A stretch of 64,000 bases of DNA, from assembly GCA_963815815.1 (NCBI GenBank), contig CAWFIA010000010.1:354849-418848 (forward strand), read 5' to 3'. The position numbers and the translations under genes were made by a program. This document shows positions 9,426 to 20,656 of this stretch, piece by piece; the first letter of the stretch is position 1; the number at the start of each line of letters is the position of its first letter. Origin of the DNA: an uncultured Alphaproteobacteria bacterium. GTDB lineage: Bacteria > Pseudomonadota > Alphaproteobacteria > Rhizobiales > Beijerinckiaceae. The notes beneath the pieces are model-generated. The model was not told the origin of the DNA, ran no database searches, and saw nothing but the letters and a program-made list of their open reading frames with translations.

Positions 9426-11504
9426 ATGGCTAATCAGGTTGATCTCTTCGGCGCCGCCCGGAAAGCGGCTTCTGCGCGGCGTGACACCAAAGGCGCTGCG
9501 TCCGACGGGAAGGCGGAGCCGGCGCTGCGGACCGCAGCGCGAGCAACGCCGGGAGAAGCCGGCTATACCGCCGCCTCGATCGAGGTTCTCGAAGGGCTGG
9601 AGCCGGTGCGCCGCCGGCCCGGCATGTATATCGGCGGCACCGACGAGGCGGCGCTGCACCATCTTTTCGCCGAAGTCATCGACAATGCGATGGATGAAGC
9701 GGTGGCCGGCCACGCCACCTTCATCGATGTCAACTATGAAGCGTCGGGCTTTTTGTCCGTCACCGACAACGGGCGCGGCATTCCGATCGATCCGCATCCG
9801 AAATTTCCCAAGAAATCCGCGCTCGAAGTGATCATGACGACGCTGCATGCGGGCGGGAAATTTGATTCTGGCGCATATCAGACCTCTGGCGGCTTGCATG
9901 GCGTCGGTGTCTCCGTCGTCAACGCCCTGTCGGAACGACTCGAAGTCGAAGTCGCGCGGGGCCAGATCCTCTACCGCCAAAGTTTCGCGCGCGGCGTTCC
10001 GACCAGCAAGCTCGAGGAGGTCGGCAAGGCGCCGAACCGTCGCGGCACGCGCGTGCGCTTCAAGCCCGATGAGCAGATTTTCGGCAAAGGCGCGCATTTC
10101 AAGCCGGCGCGCCTATTCAAGATGGCGCGCTCGAAAGCCTATCTGTTCGGCGGCGTCGAAATTCGCTGGCGTTGCGCGCCGGAATGGCTTGAGCCGAACG
10201 GCAGTGTCCCGGCCGATGCGGTATTGCATTTTCCGGGCGGCCTCAAGGACTATCTTGTCCAGGACATCGAAGGCAAGGACCTTGTCATCGAGCCGATCTT
10301 CTCGGGCAAGGTCGAAAAGCCCGGCGGCCACGGTCGCTCGAATGGTCGCTCTGCTGGCTTAGCCTCGACGATGGTTTCGTCCATTCCTATTGCAACACGA
10401 TCCCGACGCCGGATGGTGGCACGCACGAGGCGGGACTGCGCGCGGCGTTGCTGCGCGGGCTCAAGGACCACGCCGAGCGGATCGGCCAGGCCAAGCGCGC
10501 CGCGGCGATCACGCAGCGAAGACATAATGGCCTCTTGCGCCGCGCTGATTTCGGTTTTCATCCGCGAGCCGGAGTTTCAGGGCCAGAACAAGGGCCGGCT
10601 GATGACGGCGGAAGCCGCGCGCATCGTCGAATCGGCCTTGCGTGACGCTTTCGATCATTGGCTGGCGGCGGCGCCCTCGCACGCTCTGAAGCTTCTCGAC
10701 TGGACCGTCGAGCGGGCCGAGGAACGCTTGCGCCGCCGCGCTGAAAAAGACGTTGCGCGCAAGACTGCAAGCCGCAGGCTGCGGCTTCCCGGCAAGCTCG
10801 CGGATTGCTCGAATAAATCGCCGCAAGGCTCGGAGATATTTATAGTCGAAGGCGATTCTGCCGGCGGTTCGGCCAAGCAGGCGCGTGACCGCGCCAATCA
10901 GGCGATTCTGCCCTTGCGCGGCAAGATTTTCAATGTCGCCAGCGCCACGCGCGACAAGTTGGCGGCGAACCAGCAATTGAGCGATCTGATTCAGGCGCTC
11001 GGCTGCGGCGTCGGCGCCCACTACAAGGAAGAGGAACTGCGCTACGAGAAGGTCATCATCATGACCGACGCGGACGTCGACGGCGCGCATATCGCGTCGT
11101 TGCTGATCACCTTCTTCTACCGGCAGACGCCGAAGCTGATCGAAGCGGGCCATCTTTATCTCGCGGTGCCGCCGCTTTACCGCCTGACTCAGGGGCCGCG
11201 CCAGCTCTACGCCCGGGACGAGGCGCACCGCGATGAACTGATCGCCAAGGCGTTGACCGGTCGCGGAAAGGTCGAGGTGAGCCGATTCAAAGGCTTCGGC
11301 GAAATGCTTCCGGCGCAGCTCAAAGAAACGACGATGAATCCGGCGAAGCGCAACCTGCTGCGGGTCGTCGTGCTCGCCGCAGGATCGGGAAGGCACGTCG
11401 GATTCGGTGGAGCGGCTGATGGGCAACAAGCCCGAAGCGCGCTTTGCCTTCATCCAGGAGCGGCGCCGCTTTCGCCAACGCGGCCGAGCTGGTGGTGGTT
11501 TTAA
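9426..11504 (+). CDS. parE: DNA topoisomerase IV subunit B (several indels)
   Basis: LEPVRRRPGMYIGGT, EVIDNAMDEA, GGLHGVGVSVVNALS, VEGDSAGGSAKQARDR, IMTDADVDGAHI, QLKETTM. Confidence 0.9.
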   Translation: MANQVDLFGAARKAASARRDTKGAASDGKAEPALRTAARATPGEAGYTAASIEVLEGLEPVRRRPGMYIGGTDEAALHHLFAEVIDNAMDEAVAGHATFIDVNYEASGFLSVTDNGRGIPIDPHPKFPKKSALEVIMTTLHAGGKFDSGAYQTSGGLHGVGVSVVNALSERLEVEVARGQILYRQSFARGVPTSKLEEVGKAPNRRGTRVRFKPDEQIFGKGAHFKPARLFKMARSKAYLFGGVEIRWRCAPEWLEPNGSVPADAVLHFPGGLKDYLVQDIEGKDLVIEPIFSGKVEKPGGHGRSNGRSAGLASTMVSSIPIATRSRRRMVARTRRDCARRCCAGSRTTPSGSARPSAPRRSRSEDIMASCAALISVFIREPEFQGQNKGRLMTAEAARIVESALRDAFDHWLAAAPSHALKLLDWTVERAEERLRRRAEKDVARKTASRRLRLPGKLADCSNKSPQGSEIFIVEGDSAGGSAKQARDRANQAILPLRGKIFNVASATRDKLAANQQLSDLIQALGCGVGAHYKEEELRYEKVIIMTDADVDGAHIASLLITFFYRQTPKLIEAGHLYLAVPPLYRLTQGPRQLYARDEAHRDELIAKALTGRGKVEVSRFKGFGEMLPAQLKETTMNPAKRNLLRVVVLAAGSGRHVGFGGAADGQQARSALCLHPGAAPLSPTRPSWWWF

Positions 11505-11599
11505 AGCGCGACCTAGGAGAAGCTAAGGTTTTGGATCGACGCGATTTCGAAGAAGAGCAGTCGATCAGATCCGGCAAAGCGCATCGACGGCGCGAAGGT

Positions 11600-11703
11600 G
11601 GCCGGCGGCAAGTAGCGTTTCGAGGAGGCCACTCCATTTCTACTTGCGCGCCGGCCGACCCTACGGACCCAGGAGATGCGGCGGACCTGAGCACTCCGTA
11701 GGG
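11600..11703. ncRNA. Candidate structured small RNA (two adjacent long hairpins)
   Basis: ggccggcggcaagtag/ctacttgcgcgccggcc stem with inner ggag/ctcc; ccctacgga/tccgtaggg stem with inner cagg/cctg; intergenic between convergent parE and pleD. Confidence 0.4.
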
Positions 11704-11904
11704 CAACTTCTAGTCAAGTCGCCGAATGCGCGCGTGACGCGCAGGGGCGCGGTTGGACATTTTCTTGCAGGAACCCGTCCCGCGCCGCACCCGATTGCCT
11801 CGGGCTCAGCGAGAGAACGTTAGCGCGCGGCGGCGACCTAAATGCAACGACTTGTTGCGGCTGGCGTCTCTCTTTCGTTAATGCGGCGAGCGGCTTTAGC
11901 CAAC

Positions 11905-13311
11905 TCAAGATGATCTGACGACCCGGAGCCCGAGCTCCTCAGGGTGCGTTGGCGCAGAATCGACAAATACCCGATTGCGGCCCGCTTGTTTTGATCTGTA
12001 CAGCGCCTTGTCCGCCCGTCGCATGAGATCGGGAGGGTCGTGGGCGTTCGCCGCGAGGCCGACAGAAATCGTGACGGCGAGCGGGCGCTGCTTGGCGGCG
12101 ACGCCAAAGCCCTCGCTCGCGACCACCGCGCGAACCCGTTCGGCCGCCTTGGCCGCAACTTCAAGCCGGGTGTCAGGCATTACGATAACGAATTCATCGC
12201 CGCTCAGACGGCAGAAAAGATCCGCGCTGCGGATGACGCGTTTGATTCGCGCCGCCAGGCCCTGCAGAAGAAGGTCGCCCGCCTCGTGTCCGTGCACGTC
12301 GTTGACGCTCTTGAAGTGATCAATGTCGAACATCATTAGCGAGAGGGGCCGCGCTTTGCGCTTCGCCTCATCCATGAGAGCCGCGAGAGCAGAGTCGAAA
12401 AAGCGGCGGTTGTGCAGGCCTGTCAGGGCGTCGACCACCGCCATCTCGATCGAGGCTTCGACCTTGCGACGCAGGCTATCGGCATAGCGCTTTCGCCTGA
12501 TTTGGGTGCGCGCGCGCGCAATGAGTTCGTTGCGGTCGATCGGCCGCAGGAGATAATCATTCACGCCAAGTTCGAGCGCGCGCAGGATCCTGGCGCGATC
12601 TTCCGGCTCCGCGATCGCGAGAATGGGGAGTTGACGCGTCGCTTCGATGGATCGGATCTGACTGCAGAGCCGCAGCCCGTCATAGCTGCCGAGACTGAGG
12701 CTGACGATAAAGAGATCGTAATCGTCGGCGGCGCCCTCGACGAGCGCCTCCATCGCGTCCGGCTCCAGCTCGACCTGGTGCATGGCGCTGAGGGCGTTGG
12801 CGATCGCCTCGCTCGATGAACGGCGATCGTCGACAACGAGGATGCGGCCCCGGGAGCTATCCTCCATCATGCGAGCAGCGACGTGTTGATGCCGAATTGC
12901 GCCGCACGCATGGCTCGCGTGCGCAGTTCGTCGAGAGCGACCCTCAGCCGGGCAAGCGAGCGCACCCTCGCCAGAAGGGCGATTTCGTCGATTGGCTTCG
13001 TCAGAAAATCGTCGGCGCCCGCCTCAAGGCCGGCCAGCCGATCGGAGGCCTGATCCAGCGCCGTAACCATGACGACCGGAATATGCGCCGTCGCCGGGTC
13101 CGCTTTGAGGTGGCGGCAGACATCGAAGCCATTCATTCCCGGCATCATCACGTCAAGCAGAACGATGTCGCAATCGCCTTTCGCGCAGAGCGCCAGCGCG
13201 TCTGGCACCGTTGGTGCAGGTCACCACGTCGAAATATTCCGCCGTCAGCCGCGCTTCCAGCAGCTTGAGATTGGCGGGGATATCATCGACGACCAGAACG
13301 CGAGCGGTCAT
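11905..13311 (-). CDS. pleD: PleD response regulator diguanylate cyclase (indels near 12870 and 13215)
   Basis: MTARVLVVDDIPANLKLLEARLTAEYFDVV start, two REC domains, DALTGLHNRR and RSAD...SGDEF; downstream of divK. Confidence 0.9.
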
Positions 13312-13381
13312 GTTGCGGCCTTTCGGGCATGCGGCCTCGCCGGGCCGCCGAACGCCGCGATCGATGGCGGCGGAAAATCTG

Positions 13382-13750
13382 TTATTCGTTCAGATAGTTG
13401 CGCACGGTTTCGAGGAATTTGACGATCGAGATCGGCTTCGAGAGATAAGCCTCGCAGCCGCCTTGCCGGATCTTTTCCTCATCGCCTTTCATCGCAAAAG
13501 CAGTGATCGCAATCACCGGAATGTGGCGAAGCGCGGCGTCCTCTTTAAGCCATTGCGTCACCTGCAGCCCGGAAACCTCCGGTAATTGGATATCCATCAA
13601 AATCAGGTCGGGCATATGCTTACGGGCGAGTCCAACGGCCTCGACGCCGCTGCGGGTCTGCACCGTGCGGTAGCCGTGCGCTTCGAGGAGATCGTTGAAA
13701 AGCTTCATATTCAGCTCATTGTCCTCTACGATCAGGATAGTTTTTTCCAT
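13382..13750 (-). CDS. divK: Cell-cycle response regulator DivK
   Basis: [58 protein letters not shown]. Confidence 0.95.
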   Translation of the reverse strand: MEKTILIVEDNELNMKLFNDLLEAHGYRTVQTRSGVEAVGLARKHMPDLILMDIQLPEVSGLQVTQWLKEDAALRHIPVIAITAFAMKGDEEKIRQGGCEAYLSKPISIVKFLETVRNYLNE

Positions 13751-13858
13751 CGAAGATCCTATTCCGCCCTCAGGCGGCGGACCGCCCTGACTGCAAAGCC
13801 AGCCGATCATGTCGGCAAGATTTAACGGATAGAAATTGAAGAAAGAGAAATCGCCAAT

Positions 13859-14173
13859 ATGCAAAATGTCGGCAATCGGTCGAATCGCGGCGCGTCGGCT
13901 GAATCGCGCAAGTCGGCCAAGGCGCTCGCCGTCGAGGCCTTAACCTATATCGCGGCCGATCCGCCAACGCTTGCGCGGTTTATGAGCCTTTCCGGGCTCG
14001 AAGTCGGCAATCTCCGCGCCGCCGCCGCAGAGCCAGGCTTCTTCCTCGGGGTGCTCGATTTTTTGAGCGGCGACGAAGCGCTGCTGCTCGCCTTCGCCGC
14101 CAACGCTGGGCGTGATCCAACGACAATTGCGCGCGCAAGGCGCATTCTCGCCTCCCGTGAGGAGATCAGCTGA
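13859..14173 (+). CDS. DUF3572-like protein
   Basis: [18 protein letters not shown]...LRAAA.EPGF..GVLDFL..DE.LL pattern; usual divergent neighbour of divK. Confidence 0.75.
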   Translation: MQNVGNRSNRGASAESRKSAKALAVEALTYIAADPPTLARFMSLSGLEVGNLRAAAAEPGFFLGVLDFLSGDEALLLAFAANAGRDPTTIARARRILASREEIS

Positions 14174-15159
14174 GCGCCGCATTCAGACGGGCGCGCTGAT
14201 GCGGCGCTGAAAAATCGATTTGCGGGCCGACCGGCACGATGCCCATCGGATTGATCTGCAGATGGCTTTGATAATAATGTCTTTTGATGTGGTCGGGATG
14301 GAGCGTCGAGGCGATCGGGCCGGTCTGATAGAGGTCGCGGACATAGCCGAAAAGATTGGGATAGTCGGCTATCCGCCTGACATTGCATTTGAAATGACCG
14401 ACATAGACAAGGTCGAAACGCAGCAGCGTCGTCAGCAGCCGGACGTCGGCCTCGGTGAGGCGATCGCCGCACAGGTAGCGGCGGTCGGCCAGCCGCTCCT
14501 CAAGAAAATCGAGCGTCTCGAACAGCGGGCCGATCGCCTCCTCATAAGCCTCTTAAGTCGTCGCGAAGCCCGCGCGGTAGACGCCGTTGTTCAGCGTCGG
14601 GTAGATGCGCGCATTGAGCGCGTCGATTTCGCTGCGTAAATCCTCCGGATAGAAATCGCCGTCCTTCGCCCCGACGCCGTCGAAGGCGGAATTGAACATA
14701 CGGATGATCTCGGAGGATTCCGTCGAGACGATTGTTCGCCTTTGCTTGTCCCAAAGGGTTGGCACGGTGACGCGGCCCGAATAATTGGGCGCCGCCGCCT
14801 GATAGACCTCATAGAGGAAACGGGCGTTGTGGATTGGATCGCCAATCACGCCCTCGCCCGGCGCGAAGGTGAGGCCGCTTTCGCGCATCAGCCAATGGAC
14901 GATGGAGACGCTAACGATGGACGTCAGGCCTTTGAGCTGCGCGCAAGATCAAGGTCCTGTGCGCCCATGGGCAAAAATACGCGGCGTAGAGATGGTAGCG
15001 GCCAGGCTCCGCCTTGAAGCCGCCCTTCCCGCTCGGCCCCGGCGCGCCGTCGGGCGTCACCCAATTGCGGAATCTGGCAGCGTCGCGCTCAAAGCGGCCG
15101 CCGGTGCTTTTGGTGTCATACCACTGATCGCGCCAGACGCCGTCAACCAGCAGCCCCAT
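14166..15159 (-). CDS. Glutathionyl-hydroquinone reductase (YqjG-like GST; indels)
   Basis: MGLLVDGVWRDQWYDT, GRYHLY...CPWAHRTLI, RVTVPTLWDK, NNGVYRAGFATT. Confidence 0.88.
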
Positions 15160-15292
15160 TGCGTTCGCCTTTCAGGTCAGAGAATGCATCGGCCCAGACG
15201 GCGCGCGTCCCGCGCCTCGCGCGGCCTTTGGCTTGCGAGGATCATCGCCGCAGCTTACAGATCGAGAGCGTCCCCGACGAGGCTGATTCTGC

Positions 15293-16377
<1,085 letters not shown>

Positions 16378-16398
16378 CGATTGGCTTGGCGCAGAGCC

Positions 16399-16512
16399 CC
16401 TCATGGTGAGGAGCCGCGAAGCGGCGTCTCGAACCACGAGGGCGTGGATGGAGGTCCTAGCGCCCGACAACGCATCCTTCGAGAGGCGCCCGCGGCGCTC
16501 CTCGGGATGAGG
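16399..16512. repeat. Rhizobial palindromic intergenic repeat (MITE/RIME-like)
   Basis: cctcatggtgaggagcc...cgtctcgaaccacgag arm and complementary catccttcgagaggcg...gctcctcgggatgagg arm; resembles the repeat common in Bradyrhizobium-like genomes. Confidence 0.7.
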
Positions 16513-16557
16513 CTTGTGTTTTCGAAGAGATTCACGCGACATATACAGGACGCCGAA

Positions 16558-16788
16558 ATGATCTTTAGAGCTTTCGTCATCGTCGTTTTTGGATTTTTGA
16601 GCCTCGCCTTTCCTAACCGTGCGAACGCCCAATATTCCGAGGGCGCATGCGGCGGCTCATACAGAGGTCAGGACGGCGCCGGCTATCCATGCGGGACAAA
16701 CCGCAGGCCCGTTTGCCAGCAAGGCACAGGCCGCTGCCAATGCCTCGAAAGAAGGGCGTGCGGCGGGAAACAGGACGAGGATTGGTGA
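16558..16788 (+). CDS. Small secreted cysteine-rich peptide (76 aa, 6 Cys)
   Basis: AGGA RBS; signal peptide ending ANA-Q; mature part has 6 Cys. Confidence 0.65.
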   Translation: MIFRAFVIVVFGFLSLAFPNRANAQYSEGACGGSYRGQDGAGYPCGTNRRPVCQQGTGRCQCLERRACGGKQDEDW

Positions 16789-16830
16789 CGAACAGTCAGT
16801 TCGGCGACGATCAGTTCCAAGGAGCGCGGC

Positions 16831-17638
16831 ATGGCCGTCCGCATCGAAAAGTCGGGTCCTGTCTGGACCGTGATCCATAGCCGTCCCGAAGCCCGCAACG
16901 CCATGGACCCCGCCAGCGCCGATGCGTTGGTCGCCGCATTTCAATCCTTCGATGCAGAATTCGGCGGCCGACGTCGCCGTGCTGTGGGGCGAAGGCGGCG
17001 CCTTCTGCGCGGGGTGGGACCTCAAATACGTCGCGAGCCTTGAAGGCGACCGGCCGCCGCTCGCCTCCCTTGACTTCCCTGCCGACGGGAGCGCGCCGCC
17101 GCGCGGGCCGCTCGGCCCGACGAGGCTCGAGCTGTCCAAGCCGGTCATCGCGGCTATCGAGGGGCCTGCGGTCGCCGGAGGCATGGAGCTGGCGCTCTGG
17201 TGCGATCTGCGCGTCATGGCGGAGACCGCCTATATCGGCGTCTATTCCCGGCGGTGGGGCATCCCGCTCATCGACGGCGGCGCCGTGCGCCTGCCGCGGT
17301 TGGTCGGCCAAGGTCGCGCCCTCGACATCATTCTCACCGGCCGCAAGGTCACAGCCGATGAATGCTATTGCATCGGCGCCTGCGAGCGGCTCGTTCCCGA
17401 GGGTCAGGCGCGCCAGGCGGCCGAGCAATTGGCGCATGAAATCGCCCGTTTTCCTCAGGCTTGCGTGCGCGCCGACCGCATGTCCGTTTATCGCACGCAC
17501 GGATTGCCCGTTCGCAAGGCGCTCGAGGCGGAATGGCGGGGCAGCAGCGGCGTCGTGACCGCGGAAGGGATCAGCGGCGCCGCCCGCTTCAGCGCGGGAA
17601 AGGGCCGCCACGGAGATTATGCGGACATCCACTCGTAA
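16831..17638 (+). CDS. Enoyl-CoA hydratase/crotonase family protein (one indel)
   Basis: SRPEARNAMD, AFCAGWDLK, KPVIAAIEGPAVAGGMELALWCDLRV, WGIPLIDGG. Confidence 0.9.
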
Positions 17639-17659
17639 CCGGGGGGGCGGACCGGCGCT

Positions 17660-17776
17660 TACAGAGATCAAGACGGCGCCATCTATCCATGGGGACCACC
17701 CGCAAGCCAAGCTCTGACGCGGCGATGCCTTGAAGGAAGGAATGACCCGGCGGGAAACAAGAGGAGGAAACAGTGA
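17660..17776 (+). repeat. Degenerate partial copy of the Cys-rich peptide gene (16660-16788)
   Basis: tacagagatcaagacggcgccatctatccatg vs tacagaggtcaggacggcgccggctatccatg; cggcgggaaacaagaggagga vs cggcgggaaacaggacgagga. Confidence 0.75.
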
Positions 17777-17808
17777 AGAGCGTGTGGGGTAGCGCTTCCA
17801 GCCTATCA

Positions 17809-17875
17809 ACCTTCGCCTATTACGCGCCGGCCACAGTGCTGACCTATCTCGCCTGCGCGCGGCGAAATTGTTGCG
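17809..17875 (+). repeat. Degenerate copy of the hemB 3' end
   Basis: accttcgcctat matches 16201-16212; cgcgccggcc..tgacctatctcgc..gcgcgcggcgaaattgttgcg matches about 16309-16367. Confidence 0.7.
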
Positions 17876-17903
17876 TTGTTAACGGTTGAGACTTTTTTGA
17901 TAT

Positions 17904-18522
17904 TTAAGTGATCGGTGGGAAGTAAAAACTCCAATTAAAATAATAATCTAAGAATGTTCTCGCGATTACTATTGTCAATCCTATGCCCGCTCCCACCAAC
18001 GATTGCGGCTGAGGTTTAGCAATTAATAAGATTGAAATAGATATAATGTAAATAACGTCAAGCAGCATCCAATATTCCATACCGCGCTTCTGAAAAATTG
18101 TGTATAGTATCACACTCCATAAAAGGTCAGTTATTGCAAGTATAATGCTCCATATATAGAAGCTTCGGCATAGATGGAGCGATAAGGCGCGAGACATTAT
18201 AAAAAATATTGCCAATTCCGTGAGGAAAAAAATGCTATCAACCATTACGTTTATGGAATATAAATTTTGTATTTGAGCATGATCGCCATAGCTCATATAA
18301 AAGTAGCGGCTCATTCCTTGAAAGAACGGAAATATTAAAAATAGAAAGCTTACTAAGGCCGAAGCAACTCCAGTTAACGATCTCCTTCCCATGCTGAGCC
18401 TTTTCATTTACAAATTGCTTAAATGCTTCGCCGAGAGCAAGAGCCAACACAACAGTAAATCCCCTTTCGAAAAACGCAATGACATCGGCAATATCTTTTG
18501 CAGTACTTAGGGTCAACCCCAT
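17904..18522 (-). CDS. AT-rich multi-TM membrane protein (one indel near 18360)
   Basis: Joining ORFs 18238-18522 and 17904-18407 gives about 205 aa with about 6 hydrophobic helices ending RTFLDYYFNWSFYFP; start overlaps the stop of the upstream NDT gene. Confidence 0.7.
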
Positions 18523-18933
18523 CTAAACCTCCTCAGCCGATCCAGCAATTCTTCGAACGCGCTATATATTTGGCCTCCGCTTTCCAATATGAAGAATTGT
18601 ACTTGCAAGTTAATTACTGAACCTTCATTATCTGCGGATAATCGGAAATCTCCTCTGTAACCAAAAATGGGCTTTCCCTTTGCGAACGCGTAGCCGACCT
18701 CGGCCGCTGTGCCGCTATCGACGTCTACGCCATCCAAGATCGCTACGACCAGATCGCATTCATCGATTGCGCGGCGGTTATTTCCCCCCAATTTCCCTGT
18801 TTAGCGTTTCCCATGCGGATTTTTTATTCTGTCCATAGGGCATGGCCATAGTAGCAAAAATCTTATTTTTATCTGTAAGATCCCATGGATTTAGGACCTC
18901 GAAATCCATCTCTTTTAACCGCGGTATAATAGT

Positions 18934-20351
18934 GAGCCACTTGCAAAATTCATTGCCCGCGTGATTTTCTCTTCGTTGGACGAGGTATCGCTGGCTCCGG
19001 TTAAGCTGGTTTGACGGCTTTGAGGCGGAAAATTTGATCGACGGCGAGAGCGAGAATGCCAAACATCAGATGGCATTTCACCTTGATGGCGCCGCGCACG
19101 CGCACGAACCTTCCGCCGAATTCATCTTTCAATCGTCCATTGACGCGTTCGACCATGGTGCGGAAATCATAGAGCCTGTCATCTGGGTCTGGCATGGCGA
19201 TCAATTTCATTCGCGCGACTTCCTCGGCGCACTCGGCTTTGGCTTCGTGTTGTCCGCGAAAATTGCGGTCGATCAACGCAACATGTCCAAGCGCCTTGCT
19301 TTGGTTGGCGATGGCGCCGGCGTCATAGGCCGCGTCCATCAGCTCGTAGAGATAGACAACGCGCGCGCTTGTCATGGTCATCAATGGGATGGCGACCTGA
19401 CTATCATGCACAGAGGCTGACGTCAGTACGCACGAGACCGGGATTTGACCGTTGGCGACATCGATGTGCAGCTTGTATCCGATCCATGTCTCTTTAAAGC
19501 CTTTGCTGTTCTTTTTAGCGCCGACATCACATTGGGTGGGAAGCTCAGCGAGCATTTGGTTGACGGTCTGCGCCGTTTGCCGTTCGAGGCGGGTTGGTTC
19601 CGGCTTAGGCCGTTCCGCCTCTTTGCGCGGACGCCCGCGGGTCGTTTTGGGTTCACGCCCGGCCGGCGGCGGAGCGCCAGCGGGAGGCGGCGGCGGCGCA
19701 TCGTCCTTCTTGGCCGGTTTCTCGCGCGCCTCTATCTCCGTGGCGTCGCGCGCGATCGTGCCGATGATGCGCCCGCCAAGTGTGCGTTCAATCAGCGCCG
19801 CATGCATTTTATCGGGCAGATCACCTTGCGCAAATTCAGCAAAGGCGCGGGAAAACGTGGCTTCCGAAGGAACCTGCGCCCGCCTCTCCCAACCACAGAC
19901 ACGGCGCAGTGGTTGGTCGACGCCAAGACGATCAATGAGAGCGCGGGTGGTGGGAATGCCGAACACCGCCTTGGCGACAAAGGCGCGCGCCAGGCCACGC
20001 CTATCCTCCTGCGGACGCCCAGCGCCGCTGGACGGATCAGGGACGAAGGCTTCGAGGCCGATCACATCGAGAAGGGTGATGAGCCGACCGAGCAACTCGG
20101 TCATCGGCTCGATTTCTTCGCACAACCATGGCAACAAGGAGCGTTGAATGTAAGTCCAACGCGCCCACATGGCGTCAAGAGGATCAGTCATCATGTTACC
20201 ACAATACGTCTGATTCGAATCGCAATGATAGCAAAATAATACCAGAATAACACTCTAAAGTTATTCTACACGCTACTTGATAATACTGCGCTACTTACTA
20301 CATACAACACCCGCATCAAACCGGCTTTGCTAATAATTTTGCAAGAGGCTC
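18934..20351 (-). mobile_element. Insertion sequence (IS4/IS5-superfamily DDE), 1418 bp
   Basis: 17-bp terminal IRs gagccacttgcaaaatt / aattttgcaagaggctc (1 mismatch); 4-bp target duplication TAGT at 18930-18933 and 20352-20355. Confidence 0.9.
19001..20194 (-). CDS. DDE transposase (IS5/IS1182-like)
   Basis: VPSEATFSRAF, RDATEIEARE, WIGYKLH, SASVHDSQVA, MDAAYDA, RTMVERVNGRLK. Confidence 0.9.
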   Translation of the reverse strand: MMTDPLDAMWARWTYIQRSLLPWLCEEIEPMTELLGRLITLLDVIGLEAFVPDPSSGAGRPQEDRRGLARAFVAKAVFGIPTTRALIDRLGVDQPLRRVCGWERRAQVPSEATFSRAFAEFAQGDLPDKMHAALIERTLGGRIIGTIARDATEIEAREKPAKKDDAPPPPPAGAPPPAGREPKTTRGRPRKEAERPKPEPTRLERQTAQTVNQMLAELPTQCDVGAKKNSKGFKETWIGYKLHIDVANGQIPVSCVLTSASVHDSQVAIPLMTMTSARVVYLYELMDAAYDAGAIANQSKALGHVALIDRNFRGQHEAKAECAEEVARMKLIAMPDPDDRLYDFRTMVERVNGRLKDEFGGRFVRVRGAIKVKCHLMFGILALAVDQIFRLKAVKPA

Positions 20352-20656
20352 TAGTTTTATCTTGAAATGCTCGCCCTACCTCTGAGAAGCCGAGGGGGCC
20401 TGCCAAATAGAGTACCATAAAACGTTCTTCAGCAAGTGGGGTGAATTGACTATAATGATCAATCATCTCGAAATCTGCGTGGCTGTCAATTGCTCTTATC
20501 TCGATTTATTGGCTTCTTTTTAGCGCGTGTGGATAGCGGGATAGCGTCCCACCAGCAGCTTCTTTTGCTCCCACCTAACAGCCGCGCCATGCGACAATGA
20601 AGCTTCGCTTCCGCTAATTCGCGGCCCGGTCTCGCGCCCGCGCAAAAAAGGCCTCT

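Larger units (their letters stand above)
18513..20418 (-). pseudogene. Nucleoside 2-deoxyribosyltransferase-family gene interrupted by an IS
   Basis: Removing the IS and one TAGT copy restores MVLYLAGPLGFSEVGRAFQDKT|IIPRLKEMDFEVLNPWD in frame; after one further indel near 18785 it continues NRRAIDECDLVVAILDGVDVDSGTAAEVGYAFAKGKPIFG (NDT motifs). Confidence 0.88.

Noticed and set aside
11600-11703. SRP RNA (ffs) or 6S RNA
   Set aside because: Has CAGGUCCG on the minus strand but lacks the GGAAG...AGCAG SRP helix-8 motif; not a single long 6S-like rod
13750-13860. CtrA box upstream of divK
   Set aside because: Only a single TTAA half-site; no TTAA-N7-TTAA
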